DNA of 64,000 nucleotides from Vulcanimicrobiota bacterium (GCA_050250895.1 JBFWNU010000001.1:3776149-3840148), one strand, 5' to 3'; shown: positions 1 to 9,510, counted from the stretch's first letter. Notes: a model not told the origin generated them from the letters alone. Numbers and translations are program-made.

Positions 1-56
1 AGACGCCTCTCGACCTGGCCACGGGCGAGGCGAAAGAGTATCTCTCGACTCACTGA
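1..56 (+). CDS. 3' end of a gene entering the window, possibly an ankyrin-repeat protein
   Basis: Frame from nt 3 reads TPLDLATGEAKEYLSTH*; TPLxLA is the ankyrin motif; only 17 codons visible. Confidence 0.4.
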   Translation, partial: TPLDLATGEAKEYLSTH

Positions 57-523
57 GCCGGGGATTCAGCCGTTTGCAGTTGGCGGTATTGGCGCAGCAA
101 ATCGGCCCGCCAGCGCAGGATCATTCCGAAGGCCAGCAGGAAGAAGAGGGCTCCGGTTTGCAGCGGCGACACCAGGTGCTCGACGTAGCCATGCAGGGCC
201 AGGCGGATGGCTACCAGGATGAACATTACCCACAGGAAGGCTGGCGAGCGGCGAAGATAGATGGCGTCATCGCGCCACTCCATCTTGGACGTGCGGATCA
301 TCGGGGTGGCAAAGAAAATCGCGCCAAGCACGAAGGCGGTGGCCGCCCAGGCCAGGGGCACGCGAGCGGGAGGGTACAAGAACATGCCCAGCCCGGTGCT
401 CATTCCCAGGGGAGGGATGATCAGGGCCTTCAAAGTGACCGGGCGACTCGTCTCGCGCAGCCTCCAGAGCAACACGCCACAAGCTCCCATCAGGGGAACG
501 GCTATGGTGTGAGGGCCCGTCAT
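50..523 (-). CDS. ccdC: CcdC / DUF1453 family membrane protein
   Basis: 157 aa hydrophobic protein with R.....RPV....IIPPL.MSTG..MF and FF.LAFGMI..WR motifs typical of CcdC. Confidence 0.75.
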   Translation of the reverse strand: MTGPHTIAVPLMGACGVLLWRLRETSRPVTLKALIIPPLGMSTGLGMFLYPPARVPLAWAATAFVLGAIFFATPMIRTSKMEWRDDAIYLRRSPAFLWVMFILVAIRLALHGYVEHLVSPLQTGALFFLLAFGMILRWRADLLRQYRQLQTAESPAQ

Positions 524-1032
524 CGGGGATCATCATACACCCTAACCGGACCCGGGCCAACCCTGGATCTAGAATGCCAGGGGAAGTTGCTGACATCGAC
601 TTCCTGGCCACGGCCGGCAAAGCAGCCGCCATTCCCGTGATCCTCAGTGCCGGTGCGACGTCGGGATGCGACGCCGATTGCGGGGCAACCACCCCTTCCA
701 GTTGCACCTCGATCAATCAACCGGCTAGCTTTCCCCCCACGAACTGCGCTTCTTGTTGCGGCACCTGCGGTTTTTTTGGCACGAGTTGCTCTACCTGTCC
801 GGACGATCGCGCTACCTGTTTTTGCATGCGGTCGATCAATGTCGTGGGCGGGGCCGGGGGCTCCTGTGCCGGCGGGGACACCGAGGTCGGCAGCATGCCG
901 CAGTCTTGCCTGAAGGACTTTGAACCGCTGTGCGCCTTTCCGGGCGCTTGCCAGAAGGATTGCAATGCCGCCCGCACGGTGGCGGTGGCCAACGGCTTCA
1001 CCCAATATGCCTGCTGCTTCAACTGCACTTGA
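298..1032. repeat. Copy 1 of a ~0.75 kb direct duplication (partner 2862-3617)
   Basis: Near-identical from TCATCGGGGTGGC to AACTGCACTTGA; copy 1 is 21 nt shorter (18 nt and 3 nt in-frame deletions). Confidence 0.95.
574..1032 (+). CDS. Cys-rich protein (19 Cys), 5'-truncated relative of 45720-46613; possibly a pseudogene
   Basis: Shares CxxCC, C[FW]C, C..[DN]C.AAR and Y.CC..C[TS]* with 45720-46613; lacks RRE domains and the RR motif; Cys->Arg change relative to copy 2. Confidence 0.55.
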   Translation: MPGEVADIDFLATAGKAAAIPVILSAGATSGCDADCGATTPSSCTSINQPASFPPTNCASCCGTCGFFGTSCSTCPDDRATCFCMRSINVVGGAGGSCAGGDTEVGSMPQSCLKDFEPLCAFPGACQKDCNAARTVAVANGFTQYACCFNCT

Positions 1033-1241
1033 CACCTTGCAAGCAGTCGGCTGCCCGCGACAGCCGCTCTCGAGCTGAAGGGTTCGCGGGCCAATCCGAA
1101 GGCCGGCTCGAGAACCACTCGGGAAAGAACAACAAGGTCAGGTCGGCCAGTTGCTGATAGCGGCCCAGGACACCGCGGATGCGGGTCAAGCACTTGCCGA
1201 CGGTGCTTAACCCCTTGCGCGGATGATAGAGGTCGGGATCG
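1033..1241 (-). pseudogene. Patchwork remnant of the glycosyltransferase gene at 3604-4812
   Basis: 1081-1191 matches 4155-4265 and 1192-1241 matches 4572-4621; 1033-1071 resembles 3618-3661. Confidence 0.9.
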
Positions 1242-1720
1242 TTGACGCCGCGATCGTCGGCGTCACGAAGGGGCGGCCCATCGACTCTAGCTGATAGTCG
1301 TTGGGATTGGCCGTCTCGTGGCCGGTCAGCACGCTAGCCGCCTGAGCCATGAATTCATACAACCAGCGCCGGTCCTGGGGGTCGTGGCCGAGGCGAACAG
1401 GTGCTGCAGTGGCCACCTGGGCCAGCGATTTCTCTTGCTGGACGGCATTGAGATACAGAACCGGTTGTTGGTTCGAGTGGGCGCCCATCGCCTCGGCCTC
1501 GGCCGGGCTGAGGAAGTCGGCCAGCGAAACGTAGCCTCCGTTGGCTTTGTTCACGCTCGCCCTACAGCACGGTGACCGGCTGGGAAGGGTCTTTTGCAAA
1601 CAACGCCTTTTGGGTGGTGAGCAATCCGCGGCCGGGGTCGGCGGGCGAGGTGACCGTCAGTTGGCGGGCCAGTTCGTCGATTTTGGCCTGGTCGACCTGA
1701 TGCCCCCAGAGATGGTCGAA
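1242..1720 (-). pseudogene. Frameshifted, truncated hypothetical gene
   Basis: Coding-like frame QVDQAKIDELARQLTV...VTVL* shifts into ASVNKANGGYVSLADFL... and runs into the glycosyltransferase remnant. Confidence 0.4.
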
Positions 1721-1839
1721 TATAGTTTCCGGCTGAGGGCAGGGCGTTGCGAGGAAGTTGCCTGGTCAAGGAATAGCCAAGGTTTTTTTGGGGTCGTCGT
1801 CAGCCTGTCGAGTTAGGCTGCTAGTGAAGAGAGGTTTCT

Positions 1840-2838
1840 ATGCAGCTCAGACCAGAATTCAAAGATTACGTTTCGCGCAAATTGTACCTTCCCACCCAGT
1901 GCGTGGTCGAGGGTGCTCGACCGTTCGACCTGCCGGCCGGCCAGGCCGAAGAGCGCCTTCAGCAAGAGTGCGAGACGGCCACTCGCATGCTGGAGATGGA
2001 CAAAGATCTGTATCACCAGGATCGGCAAGCCCTCTACGCCGCGCTGCCTCCTGATCCAGGCAAACATCCAGAAATGGCTCATTTTCGTCTGCGAGGGTTG
2101 GCCGAAGAGCAGCTTCGCTTTCGCGTGGTGGAAGAACGCGTCGAGGACGGACCGCCCGGTATCTTCTCGACCGTTCTATGTCAGGCGCCCGCCACCGTCG
2201 ACGAGTTTGACCCCCAGGGACCGGCCCTGGCTCGGCCCAAGGCCGTGCTCTTCGTCGATACCACTCCGGGCGAGCCGGGAGCGACCGTCTACTTTCACTC
2301 GCTAGTCGACCTCTATCCCCAGTTGGATGCCGAACACACCAGAGCCAGCCACGAGTCGGTCAGACCCGACCGCGCTCGGCTACGCCCGGCGGTGGCTGAG
2401 CGGCTCGAGCGTATGAAATCGGCCGTCGCCCTCCATCGCCTGGGCGGCAACGGGGCGGCCGATGCGTCGTATTGCCTGGTCGATGCCGCTGGTACGCCCG
2501 TGGGGGCAGTGCGCATCGAACTCGAGGGGACAGATCCCTTTCGTGGGCCCATTCCTGGTGTCGACAAGACCCAGGGAAGGGTCAGTCTGGCCGTTCATCC
2601 CGACCAGGTCCACGCCGAGCAGATTGAACTCGATGGCGAGGAGCGCAAGGCTTTGCTAGAAAACATTCTGGCGACGGGCTCGCCGACGCCCGACCGGCAG
2701 GCCGCCACGGACGCTCTTCAGGCCCTGGTGGCTGACGGCGACCTTGGCTTCTATGAGAGGGCCGTCGAGCAGCTTGGCGACGAGGGAAGCTGGCTAGGCC
2801 GAATGCGAGCCGGCGAGCCGCCCTCGCGCGTGTTCTAG
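1840..2838 (+). CDS. Hypothetical protein (332 aa)
   Basis: ATG preceded by GAGAGG; plausible globular composition; no family recognised. Confidence 0.6.
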   Translation: MQLRPEFKDYVSRKLYLPTQCVVEGARPFDLPAGQAEERLQQECETATRMLEMDKDLYHQDRQALYAALPPDPGKHPEMAHFRLRGLAEEQLRFRVVEERVEDGPPGIFSTVLCQAPATVDEFDPQGPALARPKAVLFVDTTPGEPGATVYFHSLVDLYPQLDAEHTRASHESVRPDRARLRPAVAERLERMKSAVALHRLGGNGAADASYCLVDAAGTPVGAVRIELEGTDPFRGPIPGVDKTQGRVSLAVHPDQVHAEQIELDGEERKALLENILATGSPTPDRQAATDALQALVADGDLGFYERAVEQLGDEGSWLGRMRAGEPPSRVF

Positions 2839-2861
2839 ACGTGCCACGTCGGGATGTCGAT

Positions 2862-3087
2862 TCATCGGGGTGGCAAAGAAAATCGCGCCAAGCACGAAGG
2901 CGGTGGCCGCCCAGGCCAGGGGCACGCGAGCGGGAGGGTCCAAGAACATGCCCAGCCCGGTGCTCATTCCCAGGGGAGGGATGATCAGGGCCTTCAAAGT
3001 GACCGGGCGACTCGTCTCGCGCAGCCTCCAGAGCAACACGCCACAAGCGCCCATCAGGGGAACGGCTATGGTGTGAGGGCCCGTCAT
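2862..3087 (-). pseudogene. ccdC: 3'-truncated ccdC copy
   Basis: Matches the first ~75 codons of 50-523 (one Y->D change), then unrelated sequence. Confidence 0.85.
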
Positions 3088-3137
3088 CGGGGATCATCAT
3101 ACACCCTAACCGGACCCGGGCCAACCCTGGATCTAGA

Positions 3138-3617
3138 ATGCCAGGGGAAGTTGCTGACATCGACTTCCTGGCCACGGCCGGCAAAGCAGCCGCCATTCCC
3201 GTGATCCTCAGTGCCGGCGTTCCCCGGCCGGCCAGTGCGACGTCGGGATGCGACGCCGATTGCGGGGCAACCACCCCTTCCAGTTGCACCTCGATCAATC
3301 AACCGGCGAGCTTTCCCCCCACCAACTGCGCTTCTTGTTGCGGCACCTGCGGTTTTTTCGGCACGAGTTGCCCTACCTGTCCGGGCGATTGCGCCACCTG
3401 TTTTTGCATGCGGTCGATCAATGTCGTGGGCGGGGCCGGAGGCTCCTGTGCGGGGGGGGACACCCAGGCCGTCAGCATGCAGCAGTCTTGCGTCAAGGAC
3501 TTTGATCCACTATGTGGAGCCTTTCCGGGCGTTTGCCAGCGGGATTGCAATGCCGCCCGCGCGGTGGCCGTGGCCAACGGCATCAGCCAATATGCCTGCT
3601 GCTTCAACTGCACTTGA
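3138..3617 (+). CDS. Cys-rich protein (20 Cys), 5'-truncated relative of 45720-46613
   Basis: DFLATAGKAAAIPVILSAGVPRPASATS leader-like segment followed by a 20-Cys domain ending YACCFNCT. Confidence 0.6.
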   Translation: MPGEVADIDFLATAGKAAAIPVILSAGVPRPASATSGCDADCGATTPSSCTSINQPASFPPTNCASCCGTCGFFGTSCPTCPGDCATCFCMRSINVVGGAGGSCAGGDTQAVSMQQSCVKDFDPLCGAFPGVCQRDCNAARAVAVANGISQYACCFNCT

Positions 3618-4812
3618 GACGCTCGAGGCAGTCGGCCGCCAGGCCCAGTCCGCTCTCGAGCGGCCGGTCGGGGCCTGGCTTGCTGAAAGCCTGCGACAGC
3701 GACTCTCTCAGCTGATCCGGTTGGCGGCACCAGAGGCCGTAGCCCAGACGTTCTATTCGGCGAGCGTTGTCGAACTGGTCGTGGGCCAGAGGACAGATGA
3801 CCTGAGGGATGCCGGCGGCCAGAGCCTGCGATAGCGTGCCGATGCCGCCGTGGTGAACGATGGCGTCGACCCGGGGCAAGAGCTGGCTAAAGGGAGCGTA
3901 GTGGGCCGTAAGCACGTTGTCTGGCAGGCGTTCGGGCAGGTTGGCGGCGTGGCGCGTCAGCAGAATGCCGGCCCGGTCGCCACACGCCTCGACGGCTCGG
4001 GCGTAGAACTCGGGCAGATTGCCGAATCCGGTGCCGCCCGTGAAGACGACCACCTGTCGTCCCTGCTGACGGGCCTGGGCCAGAAAGTTCTCGATGGGCG
4101 CATCCAACTGGGTGGCCCCTTCGAGGTCATAAAGAGGAAAGCCACAGAACTCCAGGTTTGCGGGCCAATCCGAAGGCCGGCCCGAGAACCACTCGGGAAA
4201 GAACAACAAAGTCAGGTCGGCCAGTTGCTGATAGCGGCCCAGGACACCGCGGATGCGGGTCAAGCCCAGGCGCCGGCGTAGACGATTGGCGGCCGCGGCC
4301 AAAAGCGGATCGACCAGCAGATGATCGAGCCCAAACCAGAGCAGCCGATCGAGCCAGGCCGGCAGTGGGCGGGCTGACGGGTCAAGCAGGGGAGGATCGA
4401 CATGGGAGCGCACCACCGAGGGCTGCAGGTGCACCGTCACCGCCGGCAGTTGGCGGTAGTCCGCCAGGCACCGCACCGGCAGCGATAGGGTCGTGCCCAC
4501 CAGGACGGTGGGCTGGTCGGTGAGACGCTCGAGCATCGCCTCGAAGTCGCGCTCGAGAGTCAAAGCCAGAAACTTGCCGACGGTGCTTAATCCCTTGCGC
4601 GGATGATAGAGGTCGGGATCGCTGGTGGCCAGGTGATACTCCTCCACCGTGCCCACCGGGTGCAACTCGATTTGAGCGCTGATGACCGCCGCTTCGAAAG
4701 CGGGATTGGCGAAGAACACGCAGTCGTGGCCCCGCCGCTGCATCTCGCGGGCCAGACCGACCAGGGGAAGAACATCTCCGTGGCTGCCGGAGGGAAGCCA
4801 GAAGTACCGCAA
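3604..4812 (-). CDS. GT1 family glycosyltransferase (RhlB/MGT-like)
   Basis: GSHGDVLP N-terminal motif; HHGGIGT and HDQFDNA nucleotide-sugar binding motifs. Confidence 0.9.
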   Translation of the reverse strand: MRYFWLPSGSHGDVLPLVGLAREMQRRGHDCVFFANPAFEAAVISAQIELHPVGTVEEYHLATSDPDLYHPRKGLSTVGKFLALTLERDFEAMLERLTDQPTVLVGTTLSLPVRCLADYRQLPAVTVHLQPSVVRSHVDPPLLDPSARPLPAWLDRLLWFGLDHLLVDPLLAAAANRLRRRLGLTRIRGVLGRYQQLADLTLLFFPEWFSGRPSDWPANLEFCGFPLYDLEGATQLDAPIENFLAQARQQGRQVVVFTGGTGFGNLPEFYARAVEACGDRAGILLTRHAANLPERLPDNVLTAHYAPFSQLLPRVDAIVHHGGIGTLSQALAAGIPQVICPLAHDQFDNARRIERLGYGLWCRQPDQLRESLSQAFSKPGPDRPLESGLGLAADCLERLKCS

Positions 4813-4813
4813 G

Positions 4814-6124
4814 CTATGGAGTCAGGTCGCCGGCCACGAGCCCCTGACTGGTCCCCAGCAAGAATTGACCGTTCTGATTGAGGGTCAACAGCTCGCTGGG
4901 ATACAGGGTGCGCTCGCGCATCTTCAGCACCGAAGCCGAGCCGTCGTTGACATTACCGGTGATCAGGCCGCGCGAGGTGCCGATGATGAAGCTGCCATCT
5001 TCATTGAGGGCGGCGGTGGTGTTCTGGACATAGCCGTCGCCGGAGTGGTCCTCGTCGCCGTCTTCATCGACCCCGTTGGTGGCATAGAGGGTGCGACCGG
5101 CCAGCGTCAGGCTGGTCAGCGAGCCGTCGTCGAGGTCGCCTCGCACGACCCCGCGGCTGGTGCCGGCCAGGAATTGTCCCTGTTCGTTGAGGGCCATTCC
5201 CTCGTCAGCGTAGAGACGTTTGCCGTCCAGGGTGAGATGGCTGGTCGAGCCTCCCACCTGACCTCGAATCAGACCCTGGCTGGTGCCGGCCACGAACCGT
5301 CCCTGGTTGTCGAGCTGCATTCCGTCATCCGCATAGACCCGGCGGCCCTCGAGGGTCACCCGCGACACCGAACCGTCGTCGAGGTCGCCCTGCACCACGC
5401 CCTGGCTGGTGCCGGCGATAAACTGGTTGCCGTCGTTGAGGTCGAGGCCGTCGCTGGTGTAGAGGGTGCGTCCCTCGAGTTGGACCAGTTGAGCCTGGCC
5501 GCTGTTGACCAGCCCACTGACCAGACCGCGGGAAGTTCCGCTCAAGTAGCGTCCCTGCGCGTTGACCTGGATGCCTTCGTCTTGATAGAGCGTGTGCCCG
5601 TTGAGTTCGAGCGAGCGCACCGAGCCGTCGTTGAGGTCGCCCACCACGAGGCCGCGGCTGGTGCCGGCGATGAACTGGCCTCGCTCGTTGATGGCCGAGC
5701 CACCATCGGCATACAGGCGGCGGCCGTTGAGTTCGAGGTAGCGCTGGCTGTCCGGCTGGTTGAGGTTGCCCACCACGATGCCACGACTGGTGCCGGCCAC
5801 GAACTGGCCCGAGGAGTTGATGTCGCCTCCCTCGTCGGCATAGAGCTTCTGGCCGTTCACCTCGAGAAGCAGGCCGGTGGCCTGGCCCGGTTGCGCTTCC
5901 TGGGGCAGCGAAATGCTGGTGGATGGCGGCTCGGGGCCCGACTGGCAGCCGGCCAGGGTGGTGATGGCCGCCAGACCCAGCAGGGCTGCTCCCGCCATCG
6001 ACCACTTCGAGCGCGGAGCCTGTCCCGTCTCGACCACATCCAGGGGCTGGCTGGGAGCGGGGAGAGGCGCGGAGCGGGCTCCGGGAGGGGCTGAAAAACG
6101 GAGGGAAGGCGTGGGTTGCAGCAT
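4814..6124 (-). CDS. Putative lipoprotein with eight ~42 aa repeats (predicted beta-propeller)
   Basis: Hydrophobic segment ending LAGC; eight copies of L.L.G..LY.D.G..LN..GQF.AGTS[RQ]G.V.G.L. Confidence 0.8.
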   Translation of the reverse strand: MLQPTPSLRFSAPPGARSAPLPAPSQPLDVVETGQAPRSKWSMAGAALLGLAAITTLAGCQSGPEPPSTSISLPQEAQPGQATGLLLEVNGQKLYADEGGDINSSGQFVAGTSRGIVVGNLNQPDSQRYLELNGRRLYADGGSAINERGQFIAGTSRGLVVGDLNDGSVRSLELNGHTLYQDEGIQVNAQGRYLSGTSRGLVSGLVNSGQAQLVQLEGRTLYTSDGLDLNDGNQFIAGTSQGVVQGDLDDGSVSRVTLEGRRVYADDGMQLDNQGRFVAGTSQGLIRGQVGGSTSHLTLDGKRLYADEGMALNEQGQFLAGTSRGVVRGDLDDGSLTSLTLAGRTLYATNGVDEDGDEDHSGDGYVQNTTAALNEDGSFIIGTSRGLITGNVNDGSASVLKMRERTLYPSELLTLNQNGQFLLGTSQGLVAGDLTP

Positions 6125-6222
6125 ACTTTCATCCTATCAGCCTACGGTGGGGGTGGGGTCGATGAACTGTTAACTTCTGGGGGGAACCAGCCATTTACCA
6201 GCGAACGCGAGGACGCATCCAG

Positions 6223-8592
6223 ATGCGTTTCATCGTTCGCTCAAACCTGATCTCTTTCGTTCTCGACCTCTTCTTCAACCTCGGTCTGAGCTTCTTTTGC
6301 CTATCCCACTTTCGCATTCCCATCGAGGCCCGGGGGACGGCCCTGGCGATGCTGGCCTGGATATACGTTCCTCGCACCATCATCTTCTTCGCCTATCGCA
6401 TTTACGCCATGCTACCGATGGACCGCTGGCTGACCAACAAAGAGGGGGCCGACGAAGCCACCATCATCGAGGCGGCCCGCTCCGCCTATGAGTCACCGCT
6501 CAAGACCAATCTCTTCTACACCCTGCTGGCCTTCATCGGGCCTTACGGCTTTTTCACCTATCGCCTGTGGGCTAGCCCCGAATTCGGCTTGGCCGGGCAC
6601 GGGTTGGTGGCCGGCGCCTTTCTGGCTCTGGGGGTCGGGGTGGGGTCGTTCGCCCTCGGCTATCCCCTCAACCTGGTCATCACCGGAACGGTGGCTAGCG
6701 AGATCTCCCTGGTCATGCGCGAGCGCGGGCTCAAGGTCGAGGCCATGGCCCTGCCCCTGCGCACTCGCATGCTCATCCTGGGAGTCTGCCTGACCGCCAC
6801 TCCCTGTTTCTTGATGCTGTCCATGCAGGCCATGCAGCTCGGCGAGACTGGTGCCGACATCGTCAGCCTGACCGGTCTGGGCTGGCTCTGTGTACTCCTG
6901 TCTTGCTGGGCTCTGCTCTCGACCATTCTGGTCAACCTGACCATTTCGCGTCCGGTGGGCAAGGTCCGCGGGGCGGTGGACCAGATCTTCGCCGGCACCC
7001 GGCCCGAAGCCGTGGCGCGTGTGCCCGTCTCTTATCCCGACGATCTCGGCGTGCTGGCCGAGGGCACCAATCGCATGCTCGACCAGCTCGAATCTTCCAG
7101 CCAGCAGATCGCCGAGCAGATGACCGAACTCGAGCAGGCCAACGAGCAGCTCAAGTCGGCCACCCAGGTCAAAGGCGAGTTTTTGGCCAGCATGTCCCAC
7201 GAGCTGCGCACCCCGCTCAACGCCATCATCGGCTTCTCTCGCATCCTGTTGCGCAAGACCGAGGACAAGCTGCCCGAGCGCCATTACCAGAACCTGGTCC
7301 ACATCCACAAAAGCGGCAAGCAGTTACTGTCGCTGGTCAACGATATCCTCGACTTCGAGCGCATCGAGGCGGGCCGCCTCAATATCACCCATCAGGAAGT
7401 CTCGGCCAAGCAATTGCAGGCCGAACTACTCGAGTCGTTCGAGTCGCAGGCCAAGGAAGAAGGCTATCAGTTGCGGGTGGTGGTCATCGATGGCCCGATC
7501 GTGCTGTGGACCGACCCCGAGCGGCTCGGCCAGATTCTAGGCAACTTCATCACCAACGCCATCAAATATGCCGGCAACGAGGGAGTCATCCGCCTGCGCA
7601 TCGCTCGCGAGCAGGGCGAGATCAAGTTCTCGGTCAGCGACCAGGGCAAAGGCGTCACCCCGGAAGAGAAAAGACGCATTTTCGAGGCCTTCTCGCAGCT
7701 CTCGGATGGCAAGGCCGGCGTCGGGCTGGGTCTGGCCATCGTGTCGCGGCTGGCGGCCCTGCTCGGAGGCCGGGTCGACCTCGAGTCGACTCCGGGCAAG
7801 GGCTCGACCTTCAGCTTTTACCTGCCCGCCAGTAGCGAAATCGGCGCGCAAGGTCTGGGCCGGTTGCTGCCCAAAGGGGATGGACCCGAACTGCTGGTGG
7901 TCGACGACCAGCCCAGCTTTCTCGAGATGATGTACCAGGAGTTCAGCGAGTCGGGTCACCGAGTCCATCTGGCCAAGACCGGCGAAGAGGCCCTGGAGAT
8001 GCTCAAAACCCTACGACCGGACGCCATCCTGCTCGACATCATGATGCCCGGCCTGGGTGGCTGGGAGACCCTGCGTCGCATTCGCGAGAACCCCGAGACC
8101 TCGCAGTTGCCGGTCATTATCACCAGCGTGCTCGACGACAACCGGGTAGGCTTCGAACTGGGTATCAAAGGCTGGCTCACCAAGCCGATCCAGAGCAAGG
8201 ACCTGAAGTCTCTGCTGGGTGGACTGAGCCCCGGCCGCCGGGTCTTGTTGGTCGACGACGACAAGGCCACCACCGACCTGCTCGGCCAGTTGCTCGAAGA
8301 GATGGAGCAACCCAGCCTGGCTGCCCACGCAGGCCAGCAAGCCCTCGAGCTGCTGGCCGCCAACGAAGACATCGCCGCCGTCATCCTCGACCTGGGCCTG
8401 CCCGACATCGACGGCTTCGAGGTGCTCGAGCGCCTGCGTGAACTGCGGGGTAACGCCATCACGGTGGTCGCCTATACCGGGCGCGAGCTGACCGAGCAAG
8501 AATCCAACCGCCTGCAAGACTCGCTGGCCCGGGTGGTCAAGAAGAACGCCAGTAACAGCGTGCGCCGGGCCATTCAGGCGGTGATCCGCTGA
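6223..8592 (+). CDS. Membrane-bound hybrid sensor histidine kinase (HAMP, HisKA, HATPase, two REC domains)
   Basis: FLASMSHELRTPLNAIIG H-box, NAIKY, D.G.G, GLGLAI; two receiver domains (VVDD..LLDIMMP, LVDDD..ILDLGLP). Confidence 0.95.
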   Translation: MRFIVRSNLISFVLDLFFNLGLSFFCLSHFRIPIEARGTALAMLAWIYVPRTIIFFAYRIYAMLPMDRWLTNKEGADEATIIEAARSAYESPLKTNLFYTLLAFIGPYGFFTYRLWASPEFGLAGHGLVAGAFLALGVGVGSFALGYPLNLVITGTVASEISLVMRERGLKVEAMALPLRTRMLILGVCLTATPCFLMLSMQAMQLGETGADIVSLTGLGWLCVLLSCWALLSTILVNLTISRPVGKVRGAVDQIFAGTRPEAVARVPVSYPDDLGVLAEGTNRMLDQLESSSQQIAEQMTELEQANEQLKSATQVKGEFLASMSHELRTPLNAIIGFSRILLRKTEDKLPERHYQNLVHIHKSGKQLLSLVNDILDFERIEAGRLNITHQEVSAKQLQAELLESFESQAKEEGYQLRVVVIDGPIVLWTDPERLGQILGNFITNAIKYAGNEGVIRLRIAREQGEIKFSVSDQGKGVTPEEKRRIFEAFSQLSDGKAGVGLGLAIVSRLAALLGGRVDLESTPGKGSTFSFYLPASSEIGAQGLGRLLPKGDGPELLVVDDQPSFLEMMYQEFSESGHRVHLAKTGEEALEMLKTLRPDAILLDIMMPGLGGWETLRRIRENPETSQLPVIITSVLDDNRVGFELGIKGWLTKPIQSKDLKSLLGGLSPGRRVLLVDDDKATTDLLGQLLEEMEQPSLAAHAGQQALELLAANEDIAAVILDLGLPDIDGFEVLERLRELRGNAITVVAYTGRELTEQESNRLQDSLARVVKKNASNSVRRAIQAVIR

Positions 8593-8634
8593 GACCCGTT
8601 CGGGTCATTGACCTGAACGAGGCGCAGGTCCACA

Positions 8635-9138
8635 ATGGGCGCGATGATCGTGTGCTGGTTGCGCAACGGAAGACGGGTGCTGGTCAGGCCTCTGGATGCT
8701 GACGACAAACCCACTATTCAAGCGGGTTTTGAGCGTCTTTCGGCTCGCTCGCGCTATAACCGCTTTCTGCGGGCCGTCAAACACCTTTCGGCCGACGACC
8801 TCGAGCTGCTGACGCGGGTTGACCAGAAGGACCACGTGGCTTTGCTGGCTCTAGACCATCACCACGGAGTGGGAGTGGCCCGCCTCATTCGCCTGCCCGA
8901 CCAGCCTCAGTTAGCAGAGTTCGCCATCACCGTGGTCGACAGCCATCAGGGGCTTGGGCTTGGCAAGCTGCTGCTCCAGTTTCTGGCCTATTCGGCGCTG
9001 GCCCGTGGAGTGACCACCCTGCGCGGTTGGGTTCATCCCGAGAACCACGCCATGCGCCATCTGCTGCTGCAGGCCGGAGCCAGGCTCACCGCCAGCGAAC
9101 CCGGATTGCACTGCCTGGATATGGCTTTGCTTGGTTGA
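8635..9138 (+). CDS. GNAT family N-acetyltransferase
   Basis: LS.RSRY.RF, AEFAITVVD.HQGLGLG acetyl-CoA motif, N.AM..L. Confidence 0.85.
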   Translation: MGAMIVCWLRNGRRVLVRPLDADDKPTIQAGFERLSARSRYNRFLRAVKHLSADDLELLTRVDQKDHVALLALDHHHGVGVARLIRLPDQPQLAEFAITVVDSHQGLGLGKLLLQFLAYSALARGVTTLRGWVHPENHAMRHLLLQAGARLTASEPGLHCLDMALLG

Positions 9139-9141
9139 CGC

Positions 9142-9444
9142 CTAGTTGTCGGCGTTCTTGGCGGCGAAGTAGCCGCCCGCGCCGAGCAGGGCGCCAGCAC
9201 CCAGGCCGATGGAGACACCCAGCGCCCAGGCCGGACCACCGAAGCCTTTGCCGGTGGCGAGGTCGACTACGAAGCCAACGGCACCGCCGACGCTGCCACC
9301 ACCGAGAGCGGTGATGCCCACTTTTTTCAGCAGGCTAGGCCGAGCGGGCTCGACCGTATCCTGAGGCGGCTGCTGAGCCGGCGGTTGGGGCTGACTGGCT
9401 GCGCTGGTGTAAGTGCGAGGCGTGGCAACGTTAGTGATCTTCAT
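9142..9444 (-). CDS. Small membrane protein with Gly-rich transmembrane helices
   Basis: ATG at 9444 (MKITNVATP...); P/Q-rich N-terminus then two Gly-zipper-like helices. Confidence 0.6.
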   Translation of the reverse strand: MKITNVATPRTYTSAASQPQPPAQQPPQDTVEPARPSLLKKVGITALGGGSVGGAVGFVVDLATGKGFGGPAWALGVSIGLGAGALLGAGGYFAAKNADN

Positions 9445-9510
9445 AGACCCAGGATAACCGCGCGCGCGTGAACATGCTTGACCGGAATGTAACCTTTTTT
9501 GCAAGTCGGG

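Larger units (their letters stand above)
2862..3617. repeat. Copy 2 of the ccdC / Cys-rich duplication
   Basis: Direct repeat of 298-1032. Confidence 0.95.

Noticed and set aside
4814-5870. Periodic DNA repeats (GCTGGTGCCGGC) as a CRISPR array
   Set aside because: The ~126 bp period matches coding repeats (AGTS motif); spacers are homologous to each other and no cas genes are present
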